Source of the DNA: Diplonema japonicum
Taxonomy: Eukaryota > Protista > Euglenozoa: Diplonemea
Direction: 5' to 3'
Assembly: GCA_964019335.1 (NCBI GenBank)
Contig: OZ025651.1
Location: forward strand, 248,001-312,000
Length of the DNA stretch: 64,000 nucleotides
Positions 33,001 through 34,790 of this stretch are shown piece by piece. Position numbers and translations under genes: made by a program. The number at the start of each line of letters is the position of its first letter. Position 1 is the stretch's first letter. A model generated the notes under the pieces. That model was not told where the DNA came from. It saw only the letters and a list, made by a program, of their open reading frames with translations, and searched no databases.

Positions 33001-34640
33001 TTCCATGTGGTGTCGTCGACATTGTTCACCCCGTTCGGCAAGCCCAGTTGGGACTGGAAGTTCTTCCAGAACAGATCAACATTAATGGGGCTCCCTAAGA
33101 CAAGGGAATCAAACCGAACCAGTTGGTACTTCGGCAAGGTGCTCTCTCCTGTGAACGAGTACGCGTATGAAGTGAAGTATCCTGCAGTATCCCAGTCGAA
33201 AAAGTCCGCTGTACCTTGATAGTGCACCACCAGGCACCTGTAGAGCGATGCTGTTGAGACGCATGGATTGGTGCTTAATGTCACTGTCAGTGTATCCATC
33301 AGCACACCCAAGTGGAAGAAGTTGAAGACAACATCAGACGTCACTGTGGTCTCCACAAAGAACGTGAACCTAATGCTCGTGACGGGCCACACAAAAGCGG
33401 TACGCCCGCTGCTGACCTTCAGCATGTTAACCGGAAGAGACGACCCTGTCCCTTTGTCGGTAACCAGTTTAACATCGGTTAAAACAATATCAGACTGCCC
33501 CGTGAAGATGTGTTCGATGCCGTACAGTTGGTACAGCTCGTTGCTGTAGGTGAAAGGAAAAGGAGAAGCTGAGAAGTCTAAGGTGATGATGCCTTTTTTG
33601 ATGGTTGTCTCCGTGCTGGACGGCGTGCCCTCGAACCCCCGGTACAGGGAGGGCTGGTTTTCCTCGTATTGCCTGTACGCAATGTGCGTGAGCTCCACCT
33701 CGGTCGGGTTTGAGTTCCGAGCGAATGTGACATGCCTGGCACCCTTCACAACAGACGGCATGACGTAGTTGGCGCACCGACACGCATTTTGCAAATCGAC
33801 ATAAGAGATATAAATTTCTGTCATGGAACTATCATAATAGGTTATGACGAAGTCGGTGTTGGAGGGTGAGGCACGAACGCGCATCCGCAAGGTTTGAAGC
33901 ACTTGTTCAAAACGGATACCGTCGAGAGTCCAGTACTCCGACGAGGGCGGCTTAAGCACGAGATGCAGTTCGTCGTAAGGCAGATTAAAGAGAGTCGGGT
34001 ATGTTGGAGGAGCAAGGCCTGCGATGTTAAGCACCGAATCATTTGGATACAGATACCTAAGACCCTTGTCTAAAAAGGCTATGTGCGACGAAGGTGCCAA
34101 TCCTTTCAAACCGGCGAGAACAAGTCCGTCATCCACACCATCATGAGAGTAGTACTGCTGGGTATCGGAATAGGTGAAGACGAATGTTTCCACAAACACC
34201 TTCTCAGAGGATGTAAAGATTAACCCACGGAAGGGTATCCCATTGAACTTAACGACACCACACAATAGCAGTGGGTCCTCGGGGCACGGGTCGTCCAGGT
34301 TAAGGGTGTACTTGTGGTGGGTCTCATAGTTCCCTGAGAGGGTGAAATGTATCGCTGTAGGAGTTGTCGCCTGGACGCCGAGAACCATTTCGAAGCCTAT
34401 CACATCTATCCCGTAGGATATCGCGCCTGTTACCCCGCTCACTGACCAGGCTCCACGCCGGTACTGATCTATACTCTCGATCACATTGGGGTTCAGGAAC
34501 GAGACGCCGTTACCAAGAACCTCAAACACACTTGTCCTCCCAGCAAAGTCTATCCGCCTCCCAGGCGAGAATGCCGGATCTACACCCAATGGCAACACCG
34601 AGAGCACCAAGAACAACCATAACAACCCTCTCACGTTCAT
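1..34640 (-). CDS. Giant (at least 11,546 aa; 3' end beyond window) secreted/surface multidomain protein: signal peptide, ~30 beta-sandwich-like repeats, mucin-like stalk, laminin-EGF/Cys-rich modules
   Basis: ATG at 34640 reads MNVRGLLWLFLVLSVLPLGVDPAFSPGRRIDFAGRTSVFEVLGNG (signal peptide); in-frame TGA 5 codons upstream; pyrimidine tract + CACAG acceptor at ~34679. The same frame translates cleanly wherever checked by hand (30180-30340, 14340-14520, 9540-9900, 6240-6300, and 3-59 = SARGTLPFMDSFNCVVGAS). No minus ORF checked in the track for 1-34640 uses this frame, as expected if it has no stop before the window edge. Confidence 0.92.
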   Translation of the reverse strand, partial: MNVRGLLWLFLVLSVLPLGVDPAFSPGRRIDFAGRTSVFEVLGNGVSFLNPNVIESIDQYRRGAWSVSGVTGAISYGIDVIGFEMVLGVQATTPTAIHFTLSGNYETHHKYTLNLDDPCPEDPLLLCGVVKFNGIPFRGLIFTSSEKVFVETFVFTYSDTQQYYSHDGVDDGLVLAGLKGLAPSSHIAFLDKGLRYLYPNDSVLNIAGLAPPTYPTLFNLPYDELHLVLKPPSSEYWTLDGIRFEQVLQTLRMRVRASPSNTDFVITYYDSSMTEIYISYVDLQNACRCANYVMPSVVKGARHVTFARNSNPTEVELTHIAYRQYEENQPSLYRGFEGTPSSTETTIKKGIITLDFSASPFPFTYSNELYQLYGIEHIFTGQSDIVLTDVKLVTDKGTGSSLPVNMLKVSSGRTAFVWPVTSIRFTFFVETTVTSDVVFNFFHLGVLMDTLTVTLSTNPCVSTASLYRCLVVHYQGTADFFDWDTAGYFTSYAYSFTGESTLPKYQLVRFDSLVLGSPINVDLFWKNFQSQLGLPNGVNNVDDTTWNNVLGIVVTNEMTMRFPFDLTKIRLLFSSDTNGCKAPLEYRLNSAVVGSTTAVASRIASHFGRFVVETVITAAIDEIKIDPDTTGCMRLSEVSYSFDDSDVVPLDIYESDFVSPVNSDGFLNKYMDHFGTSDHILASPVPQISRPGGITAWPVGPGIEQIISFPDMSASVVLILYSSVPAEVQFSINGGSAVSYRTTLPCISESGFCRSASFENVKSLTFTGDVEVQVERIMHTFAPGGNVAPLGIKRATFEALEAIGSGDFESDGVFEISPATENSKSWVINNAEGKFRFEKWLPATNLMIKFRSATIQDIKVTQHYEDGSKTVTFVYIGTRCATVYCGTFVREEGTPVMLVSFVSTTTNPFFVREISHSLTGDSVFPTDAFVAPWGDEVLERQHYHQHLELFTSNFAASSNRWDITGAGTLGFHLPVKEIRFWVHFISESAGVPNDVKVVVRDSSGVATSLDFKICTDTTSCAEYTSSSSDGHRQYDIEAFPPSTVSLSTLYYSFVSTTEEEKGDQTVSFIDKTPGAALEKYAFPPLEVLETGNTQIQTGFLGGAILVGGAAATKLTDEKPAQHGFFVLSSPTSRSFGVVSILQKTTQLHTVTLSDPCGSLFCASVVVSTPFNSFEFNNEGETLMLEFASFSFDSAVLPLRKEVNFDSSTGSFKHGDYVKDYIIVGVGAESVVSNYDNTNGWKVDSPSAVRFMFQAARVAVMLATKSSAAIATVKLRLKGVDVDTIALSFTTSCGGAFFCTQFEETSQTFDEILFSCTETLIVDDIRYSYQGGEVGNSKQVLDIASVVSGPTLSPTDLLPFRIYSFSPRVVETSPLSGTTVWRLSASVPHALSFGTEKVTNFRMTVISGTSGSTLSVTLSGSSGSSTETLTLAAPCGSVFCYTFVKEGIASSGVTSITIDEVSATAYLEDFVYSFDNSVLDEGVFTINFDGDASPFADNAYAAKHISTMQTSSASHTLAPSLVDGSSAYLVDTSTFVTMQFNFVEVTNFRMLVMVDTAGDISVTITFKRHGKVVSTQVVPFSSVSKITAVTASGFDEVQVDGVGPGVLLDDISFSFDKTHVVPTGQQVLQLDEDEFAEDALINKWISSVTPIRSVGAFDAGFGMRPLQFAVAPQKACLKFRFTEVTGLSVVFVTAAASTASDINIEVLGRGVVVGTVVARETSGIACGTAQFCLTYVSTHAGVDEMCITSTTNPYSLFDITYSFDGTPVPFAGVFKIDPADILPYATTTVPENAFMEKHLFSMSPFRSTASDFLNGQSIVLEQNVLKFDAKLTSIQMMVQAVFVEPVYFEAACGFKAESTAFVEYEMSEKCEQIVANAYCYVLTFSDCDTVSFKLSTPSLLLHRLRYSFDSSPPYSDEYHFDFEDISTAVLFPKEIIKLSGTLSAGDVIDRKAAEGAVEITSMVVPWQRMRLLVIGGAGTAITVNQFTRDLTMTNQHTLDAQTAGAFKCGPTLALDCNILHMTGPTAVLTATSNFQFWTDDFGYSFDSNVDLLGSGVRVLTFEDSDFFTNLANYHISKATPLSSVVTGAGYDSSNWWRCMGQCELDFEFHTVGRFVITVRANAPITLNATRLHFGRETTTQYEVGANCEGASDRCMSFALSDPFDSITLVTSDVAHFDVDNVRYSFTTSATHVDPFPSGVFRFEFDTAFESRDFATSHWVSKIGDGSESVSLIHLDSGWLLQTGATKEVIFTYFTVTRLHAVIVASQPGVSVGVKVFRKGVITTVIVNCDAEYATGFYYGRIYEENFEMLSLVASGGTPTMTEMRWAYDDSFLFPEGIQVLNLGSIPSTTTFKAQEVSIISPAAVSSNTPSGSGWDVKSGTNSSLFFNMIPVTSLRFSVVTAMVEDVNCYMFKEGIMVGSSLAKVTQECESYYCAEHVTSVSGFDFIACEPAADAVVTHVRFSYDGTPVAPAGLVNVDFNQFETMIDYGVLATYFVDSVVPDTVGFTDPLNTIVVGTPSTVSFSNLQVTAVKVDVGTSRGLDPQVAHLELLFRGTSVTNISYTSFVPCGNDFNTGDICVSLLISTGYIFDAVQVYIDSGYLISVAYSIDGTSLLPSGIQYVDLETYPNEYDSIPQLIYRVQGTDTTSPPRPGKVVCAPSGTCKPLVLSTKFIPAQRLKMTFYVPFFGLTLHVHMFKNLTTAFAGTVKIDDLYPCAVSGSCQQIEFEQEFDAVLLTLFLLVEEGAESEGTPFFSGNMFDFLLAFDDTAIYPAGLIVIDFEDVVGNAFESNSYVGKNAVFGANGVTAAHYDSANAVVLSMAQSLSVQFVISTNGGTRYLPHVVKGCRATISSTVLTTASVLLKTSSNTVSSYNVDVMTQCDAASSRFCGTFIAASTFDEVAFSSSDDILVDDLKFSFDDTLKVPFAYILTFDSGTTFSHNAYIDSHFISSLGHGTQTLVDCFAGKAWRVPEAVSTKIIFSYMRFDITVAICAEVPGTTISYIATAGGEGTPPLGTSLTLDYHSGYYCTHLAEKGVEVLTITATGSDVLVLRVMTSVEGTAFPHGKQVLDFAAVSGTFSTNTFSPQLVYLTGPTVMTTDTYDGVNGWVLSEGLEQGISFLFAPIATTMRMVFSGSISCDVVVTFKSLGADESTATVNVNQACGASGTLFCGELVVASTKAEFVVFSATKDTALHTFWWTFDNSNIVPTAGVHTRDFAAFGSGTLTFSNDDVPNAAVSGNRDLGTSFDGSTRTWEVSGEHIIKFDVPATNFMINIAINSASDAVVSFTRSRWLFSSPQEDIVMNVACQSSRRCNSYTFNGPVDELRFDSTFGMFIFTMSYSFDGTVVVPTGRLSITWPAVSGTFTATQYQSSHMFAVSATAHDVVGYQGSAVFPMKVQSDVGSGAITADFQTYFLTMTDVRIVLSSTNLCSALDVSSTSSDAVISSAKLTLENAEDCGTASKCAVVTLQKLSQITVAPDAAHFPTPSCEISGHLFTVTLDHMLYTFDETTILPSGTFWLTFDSLSSSFDCSMFIEASHVKLVGACLVGTSFDSSEAWNTDTSTPAVDFAVITNGGSTTVKLEVRYLRMTFITASEQTFIVTYKKRMAEVGKHTVTTNQPCGSMYCALLVSAEIALDEAVMPDSVEFIDDLMYSFDTSMPLPVLLITPPLEPNPVGTVMGTDVYRKYYVNTIGTHTYGEFFDGQMCVEVAAGGTFTMNYSFITATDTIMVVCASQAGVSVVVTTDQAEETVDLLADYPAGYHCNVVQTKNVVSTNIAVKDSSTEALKIHGLSYSFDNTPTMVQGNVNPDFSPYPSSFEGATFFDKRTYFSLTTTSTSSYDGTAGWLVGADATMLTYYFATESSGATFTAEITADSGTAVKVTVSTKKAGAAMSSEELQIDEPCGVNKMCKTLLVWNGFDAMFLSPEVPVVVSHMFYAFHAEATVVPSGEVIVNSFPEGAPYSSGAFPVYTSISYVTPSNTIGANFMGDLGIQLGHVTGSESVTLRFGGEGISYKATNLAVRFSSLGTVPHTFTYATTLRGFAKGSGSVSLAVACPGSTTHMCGYLVLANDKFDEIQFTGNGQEVVLYGIQMSFDGTAVPAGKFYEELTTGEIDNIDYVQILNGKMDDPRGVGVETDVTVQFFYPVSSLTFITTANCDTKISVTKYLAGVEVGTEQINSLPNAEWTTGGGFDTLVLHKPTWIPTYAFSEAWFRFDGGAIKQTGVQAATFDYSPPSADFPRAYYSDIGLMAVNVVDRKTFAGAWTLRAGQVATLTFAHKVKAARIVAFSSMLATTVTLTALFAKSSVWTRSFAMDQQCFPLSESKFHCIQMSAFDFNELTIQSDLRDIDIDHLEFTFDEGLHAGPMTVKFNETGQGLSKNTYSPYLQVTGSSHTLANSFISDNAAWEVPTTGSLSYDYLVAMNIAVSLVSTTAGASVKLTFLNYGGTEVVKTVSLDEQCGEGHFCKVVSADDEHLNLAIEAQSGTVMVDQFVWSFDGSSTVPRGIFELPFSSVGWLSSDFYSTHYVDYIGPNTDSADASAGEWLLKEGTAQRVQFGGITVTGFAADFKCAAGCRVVVTFHTGGTTIHTEEVVTQACGSEHCGTIVNFLHPFNTVAFDRTAETGVMRVTSLRYAYDGSTVGAPGGLNSIGFTSDAEGVTTFYAGDYVQQFIGSRQIGPDGTGAAAVQNCGSQMLDFVFQFDVKEMSFDVYVTAGAGKYIDVLLRDKDNTLLDDSSFGVPFTRYLDLDELVMVLTYVLPSGPTPRRLSVVSYGDVSGAFNMDYLEYSFVSGTVTPSHPSGRQKTSFEGVAVGTLSHISLQPSSIRYVKNAVLDADGTFHNNAILVPENGLFLSFGPLVATGASLVISGTYPANITVVTYDGFENTVAGEYLMTDVDFCPGSSRKCLQVTLVGVRSFSVFNNHSDAPCFLEELAFCFDHCEISPTPTLTETVTLPTPTETFTESLTLPTPTETATLTETMSISLTVPTPTASETASLTVPTPTESASESFTLPTPTESATASITIPTPTESATVTFTVPTPTASETVSLTLPTPTASASISFTVPTPTASETVSLTLPTPTASASISFTVPTPTASETVSLTLPTPTASASVSFTVPTPTESLTTTFTLRTPTETDTATLSTSVSLTVRTLTESSSVTFTVPTPTESATVSLTVPTPTETASETATIPTPTESATVSLTVRTPTETASETATIPTPTESATVSLTVRTPTETASETITIPTPTESATVSITPPTPTETFTESLTLPTPTETATLTKTMSISLTVPTPTASETASLTVPTPTESASESFTLPTPTESATASITIPTPTESATVTFTVPTPTASETVSLTLPTPTASASISFTVPTPTASETVSLTLPTPTASASISFTVPTPTASETVSLTLPTPTESASESLTFPTPTESATTTFTIPTPTETKTATLSTSVSLTVRTLTESSSVTFTVPTPTESATTSATLPTPTVTATVTMTPPTPTESATTSLTFPTPTASETHTLSATNSFTIPTLTESATVSLTVPTVTESATVSPSIPTPSASSTVSLTLRTTTITSTASFTVPTPTESATASATLGTPTASHTTTVSGSLTIRTETVSHTLPTHTFSETITVPTPSDTVTLRTPTATTTGSETLSLTASLTGSPTVTLLTPTDTLMTITGTIGGTTTPTLSDTSSPSVSLTAPTATESVTVSLTLPTSTNTATKTPDTSTITFPTPTATVSLNAYEACNWRGLINTLPACQDFVDSYDSNCCSSTLSECTGTVQLLSIDYMYALCPSECKKKGHHCPPAYPEARIIVQGANKTSEVVTMSRNFDDARLQLLYRSEELLEAGLVQHNEILGLGFDSYDGLVNTYEVRIGWTTERELTGPIEGDWKSSVKQGAYVFNGWTPLPLLGAGIRWDGESSLVVETCLTGQAETHPDLTMNVTTTPFDSVAYNYHNSLCEDDCTVWCTAAGVEAGVARVRPLLMLTIQDSDFEICNLEEIIAEDCATYVQQNPAQCCAKTVDSTLDACVGPIPKPFDSTTPVFFLCPAECISAGLSCETPCDPRYPKAGDYGLTCTSLGVDPVTIECSRPPCIDYVCQDDHRCVGVMQELCGRDLDLSLLGIVPAQWHEFPVGSNASGMCPVKCNACPTDCTYFSAMCGTAACFDTGPIDGVYVCGCRCATEPDDGRPVCDDRNQRCWDLARQGWCNYLPFENGTCVTANDPEWAGPFNHGGRCMCSNDVDIIIGECSAETGRCRISPDPMPTQAPLPDPLYDGDLHVGSFIGYGVCLDSRSRMFDAFVLNVADEAACRSATVKMGREQCGVVGLEYTTGACRVLTINVSTSEQTVELRGAGSPNPATANGVEGTICLNYFKGPCSSADNCSGCAFATIGTTIKTLDTACSVENDVCMLGGDNCTSSCVPVDYISVCDSETWYSEGNQRYDYVFMTDQHTCEEAGYATITDAADCGRALCQAANIQWLSSTFENNVLTPAGCSAACGTEDSCVFSTACLTTSSGASCITSAETGTRCICKRDRGPVVKTTQTCPTSSVVFVLQESGSCGQTVNSPIYVAGELPANAFDNIPYYFIEDITDEATCRAAACNLLGWSVADGNLGSYGGYPVVSDLGKALPYTGEQESMWQGGCSAEVDAKNLWFMRQDTCPGATSQQSCLALSGCVWENAACSSSRTPQTKCSKASPCLCKKKDDVRVDLVVGIRFDVLQSFFDTMLASPTAAGVTALNNVINSLKALFESVGLSQMVLNAYKIWKMCWRNARSSPLTACRYYQEILETSLLDITSLRRTARTLSDPQGYMLTEARFELDFVPATDAKATLDKSLREIEGTFVGGILVDVVEYIKLVGVGIAVPDFVCSITSNGPTCPQPVDFHDSGAFTTCDPCAKLPCTGDYDTDSQLTQWCNTETRTLEPYETYRNDYMAYATVGDGQEPLPGPTTLRVAKTLLAGSARMGIMVGGAANMDIYADSTVTQYHFRSPYEDSAADEVAILNACGPFSVMVTAGAQQSNLSLQVCYPRKQCFDSCSGPAQDGKVYGRCVLAIPWVPGVDGNPSVPSMKCVCNVNHGSVINGELTCTECAPGRFPRPAQGTSEPCTRQCVVSEAGIAQGVYDPVVDKCLCFGGWSGDLCEDCNPDLHMYGPYCNESQAAVVFSFSTTLTEADPVFRPPPWKVMGPSNINVTIKNSSEIELMTMTATEGHVTSVEVDTTTKASTGVIDAAYYGTAPADIPATCAGNPGETLLHLFIGDMVHVYRYENSFEKVCQEEIAVYYDSCALESCASSFGTDYDRDYDAVIYLVLNDVQWILFVKGDKICTATDIDSKLTFSDSFSSDISNMFGMPSVPGRELVNILHAGYGELCAANLGVAERSCLETGTWDAIITIDDDIVFIKDTEVRVWANTSDYCCVNGERCTCGDNILSALNKEYPQPYEYPPGTVVPDSWKVLHMNSIVSTKKHDEFFSISPPLPIVGAAAAKGYPTILFSEYLMLYNNKMRLISDVFDLNMPSSLRVESEQDERKVPTSNKDVLAYTLTVRDKNGRVTALNNDKIYAVLQRCGRPMTPEELAAVSVLQPSASVNLTEYVWDTSDCVDEESTQILGNRLMTVTESAVEFGLSGLGISNSGWFRLKFIHVKSMLETYSSAVQVITSDCSTGSHKECWVVCTPPQCSIPISANKEWVQLYIKTKSRSVVGLQIQIVQPCCNGRGLCCAGQNSCTEHSAVDFTGYDLTETRCDCYEDFQNGFWDQRTHSNCSFCKTGYEGDNCATFSGPRTTASQDSSLALGRNQFYVYRTQAETLFDATLLSQNGDADMYISFLPCPGQNAGGHLKKGEVAHVCSGRGECMLLEDGTTQCTCDRGYTGVDCSKQCCGGRGECSGEDTCETCFADEDLGNWDHTNTECDGGYCDGTPGVNVYPSTECMFANDEGVLTACKTVPAFGGSSAPMRVWLQWQEVKAPGAIYYSALRLTLGKAAACVGQRVVVYATQPNNVPLMWNATEWPEGVVPCGVYSPYPDRVCGSNAQYNASVKQCVCDTGLTCLRGICSVPDSISCVDGICHQLQKKNDEVDKTVCEGFVCVAHLHNLEYTWNSSLAGTVNDLWQHEELQWIGYNASSRFYGEVGSYTHFVSKEGEIMDIDITYWMQLYVSRHAHEYADLSFVIVTEGDISCQPNYTKAEFVLKKEANHAPGMLFVTVEDSELSAKQGGQPYLRMMTSETMNVEDDSYFMYRYVTNESRYGECGNGTCECNNLQEATYQDATDFVQVGDLMYFLATTDWEAQYGDSAPCGTVWGEAGEVYQGAREIMYSIGLPTEVVEGSVAHNHTYAKYKHGRNTYPDFDASQTELRNQLLGMRVFTMAKDLLKMPSNKPGYNKEMLVFCGVANGGTPVVTIPNADQQPQIRSTLAPQLWRYLLTPGFGEFGATPVGPPELIALNVIFPFYPTYVDLAGESLLLLLGEENLYRFEDQQYAPSDIGYGGEKAPYMHPIPTMLGVWVATGDPSKAVQIAMPAVTPLPAKCEHVQSHPGFTVFNGHVYFYYDNGTGMKLWRWNRRMTQAEIVHIKHEGTVLIPSIPPLNRGYFKPAVVDNHILLSLGKPDGNVRSSGDCLASPCARKGHTYQNTFKCVNKNRGHVGLWSWDGTNEPIRVDTGNAKHADPKWLTPAETGVFFVMHVGGLTNLGVHLTTDDTTRYPQFSKEEKEVLVFVSTSEGLLQKQWEMDVAGAYGFTEWKSKLLYWGYNTTQVNDGYNDVGSCYPPGRLQDIATGDLVTKVMTGINVPAYDGCNRILYSVGSSPAVFEEPVPLFKGGSEDGAGVPNKHCCSEGTFTLSEPETLPSLAGSMCNASDPGCVTDTNGAVHLPRGCLKCSLKSSDPDEFIYPTTNHPDARQYSLNSEWDQPRNGWWFAGYHSLWLDKRSSTASGEVKGTHMKGSEMYRMGGFAWRESWPRVIGVMTGIIDPVRKKCEDCSPGYYSPGCNLQCPVPSGAYCGGLSTDSCMRDIACEVVMGSCVPLPCSGLPCFDGIRGNGTCNCGEGRSGLYCEEPSTAKSKTVYTVTGDATASSVECDGACGPAANQCTQDCTGSYNDAEPCCGRSPAPYYVSTTNVAVFSWLDIVYPPTENGVQSAFFTVYQSSSSCTDPAVLQLYDLSTETAWLHHNGHDWVEASLTSDKIDAMGFTEGNLKHTLPIQSTVLGKETVFDLASFLQEKWGTSPGVRNLTIGLKLDSDSCRPAFLPREYHSEWGDICRETGCVTLGAAVPGYKISTNSAYSPMLEIVSATSEAATNAQSSTQLVIEGSKGAFAGLQDLPTLFTTDALTQFEEHQACDRISTDALETCRLMTPLNTAFAVVRVLAFTHADYSLTVAYTETGRFQNPSFGDCIRSEVKGHWSGTFCLDCHFRYNGSICEEYLDECSPATCDPSQGTCVPDPDTDNTLLMCKCNPEFHGRDCTKKCECEHGECSEDGTCTCHKTEVLGFWSGETCNDCAKDFWGNECLRKCSCLYGVCNRLTGNCQPDTCTGNWVGDDCSLCKDGYFGTLCIHSCADCVLGNGVCEGGACHCDTSNNWHAAVTGCILCDAEVDCHGRGSCQVFINNPSAPCRCADNGVQGHWDPATNCTTCSGMYWGEKCTEECRCNLRGVCEQMTGVCQCYSDDVRGHYGGERCDDCAEGYTGATCYPAVAGGGPQVSRPITIRKEHTNIKSITGAVLHVKGTDVEYMFAAAGRTTTNSLVVNVWSKSTTESVNFGGTPNIEWSAHITNADGEVFGSNVLGLLHILNYVYVVVNAAQPYVARVHVGGKVPLFPGMQGIPGYTLDTECDCTNQTVAQKFGGCPAGTEVTYNGINGIVRGIQAGRACIEVSDGRLCTGTECAAGCSGLWVDLKELKPERAVIMLTGTNNEYKVIAHAYYPHEGLAYDFVAVLLESRRGEDGVLMPVRYVLRRLALFHGVVDTQELELASFNPALSVISSMYVNVDDGTPYALLFGEVNELPVVQTVFLPTHVMTYTQPLAMKICYAVKCTQIEKILETNQRGLHKDVVLLLIRTSPDGDTARYVLYKMGTGNIKAQPVDELETTGITDKQACLDAQCMWENGVCVFIRWTIANFKGDYGITSATVDHDTEFAYVATGEALNRWSIITKINVVSLTTNYTRALERDETLVAMHPDLLRRALFTVSINTEALLLSVFNMYDVLYASPTVIDAGEPGMTEVTITGVGLPRYLYAHRMRIGDVISSCTQTVTSLAVEITCFANKPDQYSSCQWLPLEVSIGPDDRWTENSFATRHITRPTVHALGTYNTSGNWAVHVPLDGLKVPGPATYLDIVDGAVVQQQRAAFGTFGPINQDVLITVSGSDFLATDTMSCRVNGVTVPGTVVTTMKALCLQPVSITPFSGYLEVTLDGQLYSPSGVNYTAVGAPSSMVVFSSVCSSGACESSRSITIRSSEVNPLNITAIFKDALGTVLGDVWIDSTQGSVIATSELGLEGATEVPVIGGVAAMNSLYVRRPTEGAYKVILTYPPRGLSTAIDLTVVGGTPHALVFETEPPLFSNNRDPLTQQPTFKIVDVAGNKVVGEGSDLYIRASLDDIDGYLLDAVSGLPTLAVTSAIAEVQEDFSYAFEQLSIMSTGRTGRDLQYEVDTSVTPNTLREVYFKLKFEVVRRSAPLAAPMSLTSQLHMVDCSFNYVGNKLLAWVEPEELPIGSEVPITIKGWAFTNLTRPFHEVGQYKCTFRHAVNDSFAVQVPATFVDSCTLRCDPLPSEFRSVPRMSKVSPGLCCNDVLGPRCPQQRETCENVITFNESHIKGNYYQRYVGRGMQLGMWNTEIQLPDFSKDDSSYDKSLEYQYRFAQALPFNYSHALGIRQLKSGDYVNDQLQHEEFNYRLLQLTDVLMNEESVIRASEWVTLAGGQFWTEAGEWQHGSITRWLAAQEQTYELTIGVLDDSEGLLNWGGAWIAGQDVLYNYNTREDYSGVEDEINVALAVHPLNTTASSKGQLASIKYDTAVPVVEVDGTIAQTARLLRLKSSMGKYPLIRMRAPAKGTYLLRVTAENPSIAFTEMIITVLEGLPHHAGFADPELIPTSTLTNDKQLTKQPRFVLLDVAENIVSTFTAQNPTFVRVKEIVPWPRCRPECSDDSAGLCSQPQPGDLGMWGVEDRTQQGLCGWNTPPLSDMSQEATTLRRIFDPTFNDQGEAGYGVPGNTGSLMSIWAQEDVEYNVTWEFYGDTLTQYGYDIPPLSLPENITTSKCIQGCTGGPCEYSPLRVRSNAAVPDDYGYPFFVYGDFFSFAVNNDGDEKLRLSYILHVNQTNTTCDVSAELRDPCTITSMQPLCEYHCINLFSVLEFTPEDRVQCCKTGFKTDGTPCSAGAQGRQATTLAASVVDILKSPSRTTFKLSTSCISATDCTSGLASARSMKGPIKIGDPAQLGVSEAMLGLTALAKQRKASRRVGPYNITIATKDFVGNDVTTGDKETRRVQVFVEGQETTTAWDTADCVNGLCLRHGNCDGTSECVEFVGGNIVTMVDGVGTVSFYLNSPRPREYGLQLVDLDRKLPSCAGPHLDIDGNNLGVGSQSARGTLPFMDSFNCVVGAS
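5700..6600 (-). other. Laminin-type EGF / MEGF-like cysteine-rich cluster in the giant protein (similar clusters ~7560-7850, ~10900-11600, ~13270-13640)
   Basis: Translation SGETCNDCAKDFWGNECLRKCSCLYGVCNRLTGNCQPDTCTGNWVGDDCSLCKDGYFGTLC matches CxxG[FY]xGxxC EGF-laminin spacing. Confidence 0.8.
17490..19850 (-). repeat. Mucin-like Thr/Ser/Pro tandem repeat, 39-nt / 13-aa unit (e.g. PTPTESATTSLTF)
   Basis: Minus-frame translation gives PTPT(E/A)S-x-T-x-T-(L/F)-T repeats; near-exact 78-nt doublets and a ~620-bp block duplicated at an 894-bp offset (aaggtttctgtcggtgtggg at 18901 and 19795). Confidence 0.92.
20200..34400 (-). repeat. Array of ~30 divergent ~140-150-aa extracellular repeats within the giant protein
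   Basis: Recurring [YF]-[ST]-[FY]-D motif about every 430 nt (YSFDD ~32715, YSFDN ~30225, YSFDG ~29360 and ~24630, YTFDE ~24140, YSFDT ~23700, YSFDN ~23280) and recurring CGxxFC-type pairs (PCGSVFC ~30340, PCGSLFC ~31170, ACGTAQFC ~29460, QCGEGHFC ~21290). Repeat count is an estimate. Confidence 0.7.
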
Positions 34641-34678
34641 GAACAATAGCTCTCAAGGGCGCCCCTGCCACCCCTCTC

Positions 34679-34790
34679 CTGTGAAGAATGTTTAGAGGGC
34701 ACGAAGAAGAAGAAAAAAAGAAACTTGAAATGAAGATAAGGAGGGGGGGGAGGGAGTTATAAGTAGAGTACGTAGTCCATTTTGTCAATG
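34679..34790 (-). promoter_or_regulatory. Pyrimidine tract + AG, putative trans-splice acceptor of the giant gene
   Basis: Minus strand TTTCTTTTTTTCTTCTTCTTC...CTTCACAG ends ~40 nt upstream of the ATG; a similar arrangement precedes most genes in the window. Confidence 0.55.

Noticed and set aside
193-34642. The many 60-310-aa ORFs on both strands in the left half
   Set aside because: Alternative-frame or antisense shadows of the single giant CDS; no independent motifs.
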